Assembly: GCF_006345805.1 (NCBI RefSeq)
Contig: NC_043018.1
Location: 22,940,001 to 23,004,000, forward strand
Reading direction: 5' to 3'
Origin: Octopus sinensis
Lineage: Eukaryota
Length of the DNA stretch: 64,000 nucleotides
The stretch's first letter is position 1; each line of letters begins with the position of its first letter. A model generated the notes under the pieces. That model was not told the origin of the DNA. It worked only from the letters and a program-made list of their open reading frames with translations, and ran no database searches. Of this stretch, positions 1-13,090 are shown piece by piece. Made by a program: the position numbers and the translations under genes.

Positions 1-166
1 GGGTACAAACACAGACACACAAACATATATATATACATATACATATATATGACAGGCTTCTTTCAGTTTCTGTCTACCAAATCCACTCACAAGGCTTTGG
101 TTGGCACAAGGCTATAGTAGAAGACACTTGCCCAAGGTGTCACGCAGTGGGACTGAACCTAGAACC

Positions 167-206
<40 letters not shown>

Positions 207-620
207 GACAGGCTTCTTTCAGTTTCTGTCTACCAAATCCACTCACAAAGCTTTGGTTGGCACAAGGCTATAGTAGAAGACACTTGCCCAACGTGCCATG
301 CAGTGGGACTGAACCCGAAACCATGTGGTTGGTAAGCAAGCTACTTACCACACAGCTACTCCTGTTGAAAAGATTATCATTGTTATTATTATTATTATTA
401 GGTGATGAGCTGTCAGAATTATTAGCATGCTGGACAAAATGCTTAGCAGCAAATTGCAGCTTGTCCAAGATGTTACACAGTTAGATTGGTCCCAGGAGCA
501 TGAGACAGTCATATCTGCACCTATGCTTATTAGATCTCACACACACATCAAGCTAAGTGAGATCGCGTGGTTGTGGCCAGTGCCGCATGAATGGCATACC
601 TGTCGGTGACACGTAAACGA

Positions 621-1190
621 TACCTATTTCTTTACTACCCCACGAGGGGCTAAACACAGGGGGACAAACAAGGACAGACAAACGGGTTAAGTCGATTATA
701 TCGACCCCAGTGCGTAACTGGTACTTATTTAATTGACCCCGAAAGGATGAAGCGCAAAGTCGACCTCGGTGGAATTTGAACTCAGAACGTAGCGGCAGAC
801 GAAATACCTATTTCTTTACTACCTACAAGGGGCTAAACACAGAGGGGACAAACAAGGACAGACAAACGGGTTAAGTCGATTATATCGACCCCAGTGCGTA
901 ACTGGTACTTATTTAATCGAATCCCGAAAGGATGAAGCGCAAAGTCGACCTCGGTGGAATTTGAACTCAGAACGTAGCGGCGGACGAAATACCTATTTCT
1001 TCACTACCCACAAGGGGCTAAACACAGAGGGGACAAACGACCCCAGTGCGTAACTGGTACTTATTTAATCGACCCCCGAAAGGATGAAAGGCAAAGTCGA
1101 GATCGGCGGAATTTGAACGCAGAACGTAACGGCAGACGAAATACGGCTACGCATTTCGCCCGGCGCGCTAACGTTTCTGCCAGCTCGACG
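621..1190 (-). mobile_element. Family 2 SINE multimer (head plus ~184-bp tandem units)
   Basis: One head at ~1140-1190 and three head-less units with a period of 184-185 bp; the unit next to the head is internally deleted. Confidence 0.88.
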
Positions 1191-1364
1191 CTACCGATGC
1201 CCTGTCAAGTGGTTGGTGTTAGGAAGGGCATCCAGCCATGGAAAACCAAGCAGAAACAGACTGGAGCCTGAATGCAGGTCTCCTGCTTACCAATCCCAGT
1301 CAAACCGTCTAACCCATGCCAGCATAGAAAACAAGCGTTAGATGACCACACACACGCGTACTTA

Positions 1365-1630
1365 CATAACTGACACTCCGTCGCTTACGACGATGAGGGT
1401 TCAGGTGGATTTGATCAGCTTTGCTTCTCAGGGAGATTTAGCGTGACACAGAATGTGATAAAGCTGGCGCCTTTCAATTACAGGTACAAGCTCATTGTTA
1501 CCAGCTGAGTGGACTGGGACAAGGGGAAATAAAGTGTCTTGCTCAAGGACACAACACGGCCTCCTGGAATTGAATTCGCAACCATATGATCATGAGCCAT
1601 ATACTCTAACCATTAAGCCACGCGCCTTCA
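1365..1630 (-). mobile_element. tRNA + CORE-like SINE (family 5) carrying a family 3-type tail
   Basis: Head gcgtggcttaatggttagagt, then ccttgagcaagacactttattt, then a tail ending cgacggagtg. Related copies lie at 20280-20505(-), 31380-31660(+), 39720-39845(-) and 41080-41300(-). Confidence 0.7.
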
Positions 1631-1659
1631 CTCACAAACACACACACACACAAATATAT

Positions 1660-1671
1660 ACAGACACCTAA

Positions 1672-1704
<33 letters not shown>

Positions 1705-1850
1705 ATATACACGCACACGTATGAGTGTGTTTATAGTCATATGTGCATATATATATATGCATATATATATATATATATACATATATGTATACACATATAT
1801 ATGCATATATATATAGTCATACATATATTTATGCATACATATATTTATGC

Positions 1851-1886
<36 letters not shown>

Positions 1887-2110
1887 ATTATATATATATA
1901 TATACATGTATTTATATATACATATGCGTATATATACATATATACACATGCGTATATATACACATGTATATATATATACATGCATATATATATATACATG
2001 CATATATATATACACATGCATATATATATATATATATATATTTGCATATGTGTATGTATATATATATATATATATATATACACGCGCGCGCGCGCATTTA
2101 TGTGTGTAGA
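1660..2110. repeat. (TA)n/(CA)n compound microsatellite
   Basis: Visible directly; source of the poly-YI ORFs. Confidence 0.95.
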
Positions 2111-2336
2111 TATATATAGTGGAGGGAAAGAGCTACGTGCGTGAATATGGAAGCAAATTTCATACAGCCATAAAAAAAAAATTGTCCATCTCGTCCTGTC
2201 GTGACCTTCTACTCAACTAATAACTTCCACTTAGAATGAATCGCTGAGGACGGTGAATGGTTATCTGTTCAGCTGATTTTTTTTTACTACTTAACGTCGG
2301 TGGTTCACACACACACACACACACACACAGATATGC

Positions 2337-2389
<53 letters not shown>

Positions 2390-2589
2390 GCTGATACAAT
2401 CTACATGTCGTCCCCACCTATTCCTGTAGCTAGCCCACGTACATTCATAGCTCGTATTACTATCTATGTAATACACACACTGACTAATATATATATACAC
2501 GGATTGATACTAAATATAAACTGAAGCGTTGTTTATTTACCAGAGCCAGATAACCTTCAACAGTTATGTGGCATATCTATCATATGCCT

Positions 2590-3250
<661 letters not shown>

Positions 3251-4179
3251 ATCAATTTATCCGTCAGCTTCTAGCTGTCTATTTGTCTGTCCTCCATCCA
3301 TCTATCTATCCGTCTCCGTGGAAACCTCTACGTGATCGTTCGACCTGTTAGAAATAGCAATTAAGTCTTCCTTAAATCACACTCGGCTGTTTTTAAAACA
3401 GGAAATAAAAAATACAAGATCATTTGATGATAGAGATCTCAAACACGAGGTAGTCATGCCGTAATGTTTTTGACCATAGAGCTGCTATATTTAAGCACAG
3501 CTGGCCCACGATGAATTATCACCATTGCCATCCTAACTACTTCTTCACGCACTCACACACACGTATATGTGAAGGAGGGGTGTTGTTAAGACGGCAGGAT
3601 TACACATGGCAAGTGCTAACTGTCACAGCAAATTCAATATTTCAGCTTATACGTACACACCCACATTTTCAATATAAAAAGAAATCAATCAAGTCCCACT
3701 AATGGTTGCAGATCAATCCCATCCCCGTTTTCTAACCCAACTTTATTTTTATCCCATCAACGAAATCTCACTTCATTTCCGTTCTGTCGTCCTATATCGT
3801 TCGACTCCTTTCTTCTCCTTTTTTTTTTCCCTCGCCTTTTCAGTCAGTCATGATTTTTTTTTGAGGATGTCTTCGTTTCTGACATCACTTGCCTTTAACC
3901 TTCTCACAATGAGAACAACGACGTTTATATTTAGAATTTTCCTGTTTTTCTCTTTTCTTTTAAATATCTATCTCGTCATGAAATAAGCCCAATTATGCTC
4001 TGGGAATTTGTCAGACTAAAATTGAATAAAATAAATTAAATAACGGTGAATACACACGTACTTGTGTATGCGATGAACAATAATTAATAATAATAACGTA
4101 ATATAGAATGTCAAATGTGGTACGTGACTTTTGGCCACCTTGTAGATTTCTCTTTTCTACATACAGCTATATATATTTA

Positions 4180-4205
4180 TATACATACATTTGTGTACTT
4201 GTGTG

Positions 4206-4237
<32 letters not shown>

Positions 4238-4356
4238 TTATACATACACGCACACAAGTGCACAAACGTATGTATGTATATATATATATATATATTATAT
4301 ATATATATTATATATATATATATATATTTATACATACACACACAAGTACACAAACG

Positions 4357-4401
<45 letters not shown>

Positions 4402-4706
4402 CATTATATAAAAGGGCTTAGTAAAATAAATTACTTTGCCGCATACTGAACTCGTTAGAATAGCAGCTAAAAAACTATTTCTAACACTTAAAGAAAAGCA
4501 CTATATGAGAGAGGTTTTCTTTAAGTGTTAGAAATAGTTTTTTTAGCTGCTATTTCTAACGAGTTCAGTATGCGGCAAAGTAATTTATTTTACTAAGCCC
4601 TTTTATATATGTAATAATTTGAATTTGCCTTAAATGGTCCCTTTGCATACTGAATACTTGGTGAAATTGATTAATTAATTAATTAATTTTACCCTCAATT
4701 GTTGAA

Positions 4707-4739
<33 letters not shown>

Positions 4740-5272
4740 ATATATTATATATATACACACATACAAGTACACAAACGTATGTATTATATATATATATATA
4801 TATTTATACATACAGACACACAAGTACACAAACGTATGTATGTATATATATATATATTTATACATACACACACACAAGTACACAAACGTATGTATGTATA
4901 TATATATATATATATATATTTATACATACATACACACACAAGTACACAAACGTGTATATATATATATATAATGTAATATATTATGTAAAACGTGTATAAA
5001 ATACCTACATTTATGTTATATAAAATGCATATAATATGCGTTATGTGTGGATAATTATCTGCTCTGACTAGTTTACACATTTAATATACTACAACCGACA
5101 TAATTTGTGTGTGTGTGCACCTGAACACTATACAACAGTTTCTTTCATATTTCGTATTCTATATATATAAATTACTGAGTTCTTCTTACTGGGAGAAGGT
5201 TAAAACACATTTGTCAAGAACATGCCTGAAGAACGAACACAACACATACACACACACACAAGTACACAAACG

Positions 5273-5329
<57 letters not shown>

Positions 5330-5346
5330 AAGTACACAAACGTATG

Positions 5347-5397
<51 letters not shown>

Positions 5398-5423
5398 ATA
5401 CACACACATACAAGTACACAAAC

Positions 5424-5482
<59 letters not shown>

Positions 5483-5690
5483 TACAAGTACACAAACGTA
5501 TGTTATATATATATATATATATTTATACATACAGACACACAAGTACACAAACGTATGTATGTATATATATATATATATTATACATACAGACACACAAGTA
5601 CACAAACGTATGTATGTATATATATATATATATATTTATACATACATACACACACAAGTACACAAACGTGTATATATATAATGTAATATA
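4180..5690. repeat. Compound minisatellite (cacacaagtacacaaacgtatgta(TA)n), ~50-70-bp units
   Basis: More than a dozen units sharing the core aagtacacaaacgt with variable (TA)n. Confidence 0.9.
4398..4615. mobile_element. Foldback element with ~100-bp near-perfect arms and a 17-nt loop
   Basis: 4398-4497 pairs with 4515-4615 with only single-base indels; embedded in (TA)n. Confidence 0.8.
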
Positions 5691-6214
5691 TTATGTAAAA
5701 CGTGTATAAAATACCTACATTTATGTTATATAAAATGCATATAATATGCGTTATGTGTGTATAATTATCTGCTCTGACTAGTTTACACATTTAATATACT
5801 ACAACCGACATAATTTGTGTGTCTGTGTGTGTGTGCACCTGAACACTATACAACAGTTTCTTTCATATTTCGTATTCTATATATATAAATTACTGGGTTC
5901 TTCTTACTGGGAGAAGGTTAAAACACATTTGTCAAGAACATGCCTGAAGAACGAACACAACACACACACACACACACACACATTCTGAAATCTTTTAGTT
6001 GTTTATTTTAATGTTTTAAGAATTCCAACACTTTCTGCTGCTGCTTCTCTCTCTCTTCTTCCGTCACTTCACTCGTGTCTGTTCTATCTTGTACTCTGCG
6101 ACCCTCTCTCAGCTTCCATTCGTCTTTCCCACATCATCATCAGTCCACCACCGACCTACAAACCAACCATCCTATTTCGAGCTCGCATCTCTTTCCATCT
6201 CTTCCTTCCTTCCT

Positions 6215-6361
6215 TTCTTCTTCTTCTTCTTCTTCTTCTTCCTCTTTTTCTTCTTCCACTTTTTCTTCTTCCACTTCTTCTTCTTCCTCTTCTTCTTCTT
6301 CTTCCTCTTCTTCTTCTTCTTCCCTTTCTTCTTCTTCATCTTCTTCTCTCCACTTCTCTTC

Positions 6362-6397
<36 letters not shown>

Positions 6398-6452
6398 GCC
6401 TTTCTTCTTCTTCTTCTTCTTCTTCTTCTTCTTCTTCTTCTTCTTCTTCTTC
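6215..6452. repeat. (TTC)n microsatellite
   Basis: Visible directly. Confidence 0.95.
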
Positions 6453-8499
6453 TCATGTGTGAATGAAACGTCTATTCTATTTTCGACATTTGTCCCCGCA
6501 GTCCGATGTATGGACCACGGAGAGAAATCGTACCCGCTTTGTGAAGGGTACCTCGATTAATCCGATGTCGTGTCACCCCTCTTCTCTGTAGGGATGCTTT
6601 GCCTTTCATCCTTTCAGGGTCGATAAATAAAGTAGCAGTTTCGCTGTGGGGTCGATGTAATCGACTTAATCCCCATTCGTCTGTCTTTGTTTGTCTCCTC
6701 TATGTTTAGCCCCTTGTGGGCAGTAAAGAAATATATATCGTGTGTTCTAATAATTTTCCCCCATTCATTCGTTTCCTATGTAACGTTTTCATAATATTTT
6801 TTTTTCGTAATTCTTCCTTTTAAACTTGTAACACAGGACATATTTCCCTTGCTTCACACACCCACAAACAGATAGATAGATGGTACACATTACCATTTGT
6901 TTTTCAACCACGGGAGTATTTTGGAATGCATAAAAAGGAAAAGCTTTATTAAATTAACTCAGAACGTGTGAAAAAAGAGCTAATAAAAAAATCTGTAAAC
7001 AAAGTTTGGACGTTTAAGGACAAACTTATGAAAATACTTTAGACTGGCAAAAAGGTCGACTAATATATCTCCAGTTGAGACGAAACAATTATTGTTATCA
7101 TTACTGAACTCTTTACGTTCTTAGTTCAAATCCTGCCGAGGTACTTTTTGCCATTTCATTCTTCCGGGGGCGAGATAAAAATTACATAAGCCAACAAACA
7201 ACTGGGGTAGATCGTATCGACCTTGGCTTTCTTTGTACCATGCTAGAAACTACTGTTGAACTTGAAAGCGACACACAGAGTACTTGGTTTCGCGACCAGC
7301 CACGTCCTGAAATCGCTTCTCTTCCAAGTTGACCTTGTTCAACCCTTTTTGGATCTAGGAGATAGGGAAGGTCGATAGAATATTATAAATACCATTCTCA
7401 TTATGTGGTCATTGCAATCGATTCTGTCTCTTTTTATACAAGTAAATAATTAAATAACATTCTTAAGGAATAAATCATTACTGATTTGGTTTACTAAGGA
7501 GGAAAAAAAAATACGGGCGTTACATAATCGCCATTTAAACTCACTCCACGCCTAAAACTTTCGGCCTGTCTAAAGAAACGGATCGCTATTTCGATCCCTT
7601 TCGTTTTATTTACGTTCTTATAAAATATATTATTGATTGATATATTTATTAAAATTATTGATCGATAAGAGAAAGCTTGAACAGTGCAACTCTAGCTTTA
7701 TATAATTAACCGTTTGAATGCGGGGGGAGTCAATAAAGAAATTTCGACTGCCTTCCATTAATTTTTTTGTTCTTGGAATAAAAATGCAAATGTAAATATT
7801 TTGCGGTGATGGTGAAAATATTGCACTGAAAATATTCAAGTGGGAACAATGTTATAAATATTTCTGTTTTATATACAATCGTTGGTATTGTGCAAAAGTG
7901 TCGTAAGTCCAAAACGTTGGGGTTGTTTTTTTTTCTTTCAGAAAACGAAAAAAAATAGTTTCACAATTTTTAATATCTTGGCATCTGAAGCATTTTATTG
8001 AAAAACAAAAGAAAAGAAAACGAATTTGGCCAAGTTTGGACATACGACAGTTTAACATAATAGCAACGATATATTCTTTAATTGGACTGCGGTCATGCTG
8101 GGGCACGCCTTGAAGGGTTCTACCCTAACAAATCAACCCTAGGACTTTTTTTTAAAGCTTTGATTTAATCAATTTCTTTTTGTCGAACCGCTATGTCGCG
8201 GGAGACGTAAAGAAATATCGGTTGTCAAGCGGTGGTTGGGTGAACAATCACAAACACACACACACACACACACACACAGAGTTTCCGCCTACCAAATCCA
8301 CCCTCAAGGCATCAGTCGGCTCGGGGTTATAGTAGAAGACACATGCCCAAGGTGTCACATCGTGGGACGATATTTTCCCGATTATTTTAAAATTTAACGA
8401 CCAGCGGTAATTAACACACCGAAAACTCTAATTAAAGTATCTTATAATGCTATAAACATGTTAGGAATATTAATTAATTGAAGTAGGAAGGCAGTTGTC

Positions 8500-8804
8500 T
8501 TTTAGCTTCGATCGGCTGGAAATGAGCTGAAAGCTCGTCCAAGTCGTCCTTCTCATAATTCATCGGTCATTTTATTTCCTCACAGTTGACCTTGTATTCA
8601 CTTAGAGGAAATCGTCATTTGATATTGTTATTGTTGCGTAGCCACACACCCTTTCTTTCTTTCTACTCAGGCCCTCTCTGATCAAATTCGTTCCAGTTAC
8701 GACCACTCCTTTTTTTTTGTTTTGGTTTTGTCCTCTCTCTACACAGCAGGATGTAATTTCCATATTTCTGTTTGATCGAGCGACCAGGCAGAGGATTCGC
8801 TTTT
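8500..8804 (+). promoter_or_regulatory. Candidate promoter / non-coding 5' exon of ALAD
   Basis: Unique, locally CpG-rich sequence ending at a consensus donor (gtgagt, 8805-8810). The link to ALAD rests on position only. Confidence 0.25.
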
Positions 8805-9275
8805 GTGAGTGTGCGTGTTTCAGGACAGTGGGCTACAAATGAGTGAAACCATTTGTAGCCCACTGTAATAATAATGATTTCTGTATCGATCACAAAAGGG
8901 TTTACAGCCAGAAAAAATCATTATGGACGGTACAGGACAAAACATAGAATGTGCGTATGTGTTGTGGGTTTTGCGTGTAAACAGTTTTAACGTAAAAAAC
9001 AAAATTTTAATGTGTAATCGTCGATAATAATAATTCTTTCAAATTTTTAGCACAAGGCCAGCCACTTTACTGCGATAGGGTAATCGATATTACATTCACC
9101 CAGTGCTTGACAAGTACTTTGACTTATCGACTCATTGGCGATGAAAGGCAGAGTTGACCTTGGTGGGACTTGAACTCAGAACATAAAGCCGGAAGAAATG
9201 TCATTGAGCATTCTGTCCGGTATGCTAAGAATTCTGTCAGCTTACCATCTTTATAATAATAATAATAATTTTTTT

Positions 9276-9682
9276 GGCGATCTTTCGTCTCTAGTCGATT
9301 TCCGTAAATTTTTTTTTTTTTTTACATATGGGCTTGCGGGAACTTTTGAAGTAATATACATACATATACACATACACCGAGTAAAAAATTTCAGTTATCT
9401 CTTTCTTTGACACGCACTAACAGAAGCACTTCACTTACACAACATACTGTCTGTCTCCCACACCCCATCAAACACACACACACACACACACATACACACA
9501 CACATGTACATCAATGCTTCCCCTGGACGGTAACTTCAAAAGAACTTCCCTCGTCATACAATCGCTTTCTCTTAGTCTCTTTCACTCTCATTACTTCAAA
9601 AGTTCCCGCAAGCCCATATGTAAAAAAATAAAAGTTTTTTACGAAAATCGACGGAAAGGTCTACTACAGACGAAAGATTGCC
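9276..9682. mobile_element. MULE-like long-TIR MITE
   Basis: ~80-90-bp inverted arms ggcgatctttcgtc...gaagtaat / attacttc...gacgaaagattgcc; 8-bp flanking direct repeat attttttt at 9268-9275 and 9683-9690. Confidence 0.65.
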
Positions 9683-9936
9683 ATTTTTTTCTTAAAGTAA
9701 GCCCTTTGTGGTCAATAAAGAAATTATTATTATTATTATTAAGGCATCGAGCTGGCAGAATCGGTAGCACGCCAGACAAAATGCTTAGTGCATTTCGCCC
9801 ATCCTTAGACATTGAATGGTTATAGTACAGTTCTACTAACCCCAAGATTGCGAGTTCGATTCCAAATAATAATAATAATAATGATAATATAAAAAAATAC
9901 CTTAGGAATGAGAACCCAGGTTCGAAATTTCCCCAA

Positions 9937-9982
9937 GACACCTGATGAAGGCTGGAGGGCATATCAGCCGAAACGTTGTGTT
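9937..9982 (+). ncRNA. Minimal type I hammerhead ribozyme motif in a Penelope-type repeat fragment (~9890-10030)
   Basis: Stem I gacac/gtgtt, core CUGAUGA (9942-9948) plus an extra A, stem II ggctg/cagcc, GAAA (9970-9973), palindromic stem III ACGU, then UH. Confidence 0.65.
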
Positions 9983-10894
9983 AACAACAATCAAGATGAG
10001 GATAAATATCTGTCAAATGTAAATAATGTTGAATGGTTATGTTGCTCCCGTAGAGTAAAATAGAAATTACATTGGTCCACCGGCAAAAAATGTTCCAATA
10101 CCACTGGTCTAATGTGTAACCTATCCTGCTACACTGACTGACCAATTATCTCGTGGAACTGAAAAGTGACCAGCAAACTGGACTGAAGTTCCTTGTAATT
10201 TGAGGAAGGATGGGTCAGCCAATTAATGAGTGTAATTAATGAGGATCATTATTCATGTGAGGAGGCCTGGCCTGTTGGTCACTCTGTTGTGAGGACAGTA
10301 ATGAAGGCCACCGTGCATGTAATTGATATGTCATCTCTTTGGTCGGACTGTTACCCTTTAAGGGCTCAAAACAGGTGCAGGTGTATCTGTGTGGTTGAAA
10401 CGTTTGCTGCTTAAACCAGATGGTTTCAGGTTCAGTTTTCAGACCCACTTTGATACTTTCAACAAGAGTCTTCTACTGTAGCAGTATTAGTTTTATTAGT
10501 ATTTATTGTAGCAATTTGAGCCTGGGTCAGCCTTCATTTGATCAGATCAACACTATCACCCATAATCATCTCCTGCTCTCTCTCCCTCCTTCCCCATCTC
10601 TCTCTCTCTCTGCACATGTAATATATATGCATGTAATTCTATGTACATGTATGTATATTTAAATGTATATATATGTGTACTCAGTCATTGGATTGCAGCC
10701 ATGCTGTGGCCACTGCCCTGAAAGGCTTAAATGAACAAGTTGACCCCTACTGCTTATGTGTCTATTTTTTCTTTAAATCCTGCTATACTTAGTCTGTTGA
10801 TCTCTTTTGCCAAACTGCTAAGTCACAGAGATATAAACACATCAACACTGGTTATCAAATGGTGATGGTGGACAAACACAAGTTTAAAAACACA

Positions 10895-10960
<66 letters not shown>

Positions 10961-10961
<1 letters not shown>

Positions 10962-11332
10962 TCTTTTACTCTTTTCAGTCATTTGACTGCAGCCATGCTG
11001 GAGCACCACTTTTAATCGAGCAACTCGATCCGGGACTTATTCTATCGGTCTCTTTTGCCGAACCGCTAAGTAACGGGGACATAAACACACCAGCATCGGT
11101 TGTCAAGCAATGCTAGGGGGACAAACACAGACACACACACACACACTCGTATATATATATACATATATACGACGGGCTTCTTTCAGTTTCCGTCTACCAA
11201 ATCCACTCACAAGGCTTTGGTTGGCCCGAGGCTATAGTTGAAGACACTTGCCCAAGGTGCCACGCAGTGGGACTGAACCCGGAACCATGTGGTTGGTAAA
11301 CAAGCTACTTACCACACAGCCACTCCTGCGCC

Positions 11333-11333
<1 letters not shown>
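10961..11333 (-). mobile_element. tRNA-headed CORE-like SINE (family 1) with internal (TA)n(TG)n and a (GTAAAAGA)n tail
   Basis: A/B-box head, ccttgggcaagtg CORE-like motif, and many near-identical copies in the window. Confidence 0.9.
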
Positions 11334-11365
<32 letters not shown>

Positions 11366-12130
11366 GTATAAATATATGTTTATATATATATATATATATA
11401 TAGCTTCTTTCAGTTTCCATCTACTGAATCCACTCTCAAGGCAGTAGTTGGCCTGAGGCTACAGTGGAAGTACTTTTGGCCAAAGTACACAAAGTAGGTT
11501 TGAACCTGAAACCAAGTGGTTGGGGAGCAAACTTCTTACAATACTGCTTAGTCCCACATCAACTCCGGTACCACAGTAGTGGTCGATTACATTGCCCCCC
11601 CCACCCCACCTCCCCGCATGCTAATGATTCTGCCAGTTTGCCGTCTTCATAATAATAATAACAATAATAATAATAATAATGGTAATGATTATATATTATG
11701 GCCTAATGTACTAATGACTTGTTTATTAGCTGCAAAGGTTGTCTGTGTCTTATGAAAACGTCATACAGTAGCTTTCTAAAAACATGTTGACACACATATG
11801 CCAGAAATGGGGGTGGCGGAGGTGTCGTAAAATAAAAAAAAAAATCTGTAATTACAGCACGAAGCATATCTAAGGGTGTAATGTTACATACTTTGGAGTA
11901 AGTTTATTAATAATGTCAAAAATCTCTGTTGTAATTGAGACAAGTCTCTCTCTCTCTCATCTTGCCGTGTCTCTTAATGCCAACCAGACCGCAATAGAGT
12001 ACACCCTCTTATAGAAATTGTCTCTTTCATCTTTCTATACCAAACACAAGGCTTTTGTTTCGGGGTTAAATAATAATTATCACAACTTTTTTTTTTTCTC
12101 GCCATTTAATTGTCTTGCTTCTTCCAATAG

Positions 12131-12144
12131 CTTCAGGCCATGTT
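12131..12144 (+). other. Candidate 14-nt ATG-bearing micro-exon (cttcaggccATGTT)
   Basis: Long pyrimidine tract + aatag acceptor, gccATG at 12140-12142, donor gtaagg at 12145. It ends in phase 2, as needed upstream of exon A. Confidence 0.3.
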
Positions 12145-12309
12145 GTAAGGAATTCCACAGTTTATAGCTATTATTTTTTTGTTTCCATTTTTTTTGCATC
12201 AGTATGGGTGGTCATGTGTTTTGCTTGGAAATATGTGTGAATTTATTATTATAATAATTATTATTATTATTATTATCATTATTATCATTATTATCATTAT
12301 TAAGGTTAT

Positions 12310-12900
12310 AAGGTGGTGAGCTGGCAGAAACATTAGCACACCTTGTAAAATGCTTAACGGTATTTTGTCTGCCATTACGTTCTGAGTTCAAATTCTGCCG
12401 AGGTCGACTTTGCTTTTCATCCTTTCGGGGTCGATAAATTAAGTACCAGTTACGCACTGGGGTCGATGTAATCGACTTAATACATATGTCTGTCCTTGTT
12501 TGTCCCCTCTGTGTTTGGTCCCTTGAGGGTAGTAAAGAAATAGGTATTTTGTCTGTCTTTACGTTCTGAGTTCAAATTCTGCCGAGGTCGACTTTGCTTT
12601 TCATCCTTTCGGGGTCGATAAATTAAGTACCAGTTACGCACTGGGGTTGATATAATCTACTTAATCTGTTTGTCTGTCATTGTTTGTCTCTTCTGTGTTT
12701 AGCCCCTTGTGGGTAGTAAAGAAATAGGTATTTTGTCTGTCTTTACGTTCTGAGTTCAAATTCCGCTGAGGTTGACTTTGCCTTTCATCCTTTCAGAGTT
12801 GATAAATTAAGTACCAATTGCATACTAGGGGTTGATTGAATCGACTGGCCCTCTCCCTCCCCACCACCCTCCAAAAAATTTCAGGCCTGGTGCCAAGAGT
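12310..12900 (+). mobile_element. Family 2 SINE multimer
   Basis: Head plus three units. Junctions aaagaaataggtatttt gtctg at ~12535-12555 and ~12720-12740; another head follows at ~12917. Confidence 0.88.
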
Positions 12901-13090
12901 AGAAAAGATTATTATTAAGGCGATGAACTTGCAGAGTTGTTAGCACTCTGGGAAAAACACTTACCAGCATTTCTTCCATCAAATAAGTACCAGTTATACA
13001 GTGGGGTCAATGTAATCAACTAGCCCCCCCACACACCTTCCCCCAAAATTTCAGGCCTTGTGCTGATAGTAGAAACGATTAATATTATTA

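Noticed and set aside
621-1190. Tandem units as a CRISPR array or a hammerhead retrozyme
   Set aside because: There are no unique spacers, and no CUGANGA/GAAA core on either strand of the unit.
3511-3702. ORF with YHH...TWQ..TVTAN, faintly like the ALAD N-terminus
   Set aside because: Spacing is wrong, the LHSG and YPIF motifs are absent, and there is no phase-2 donor.
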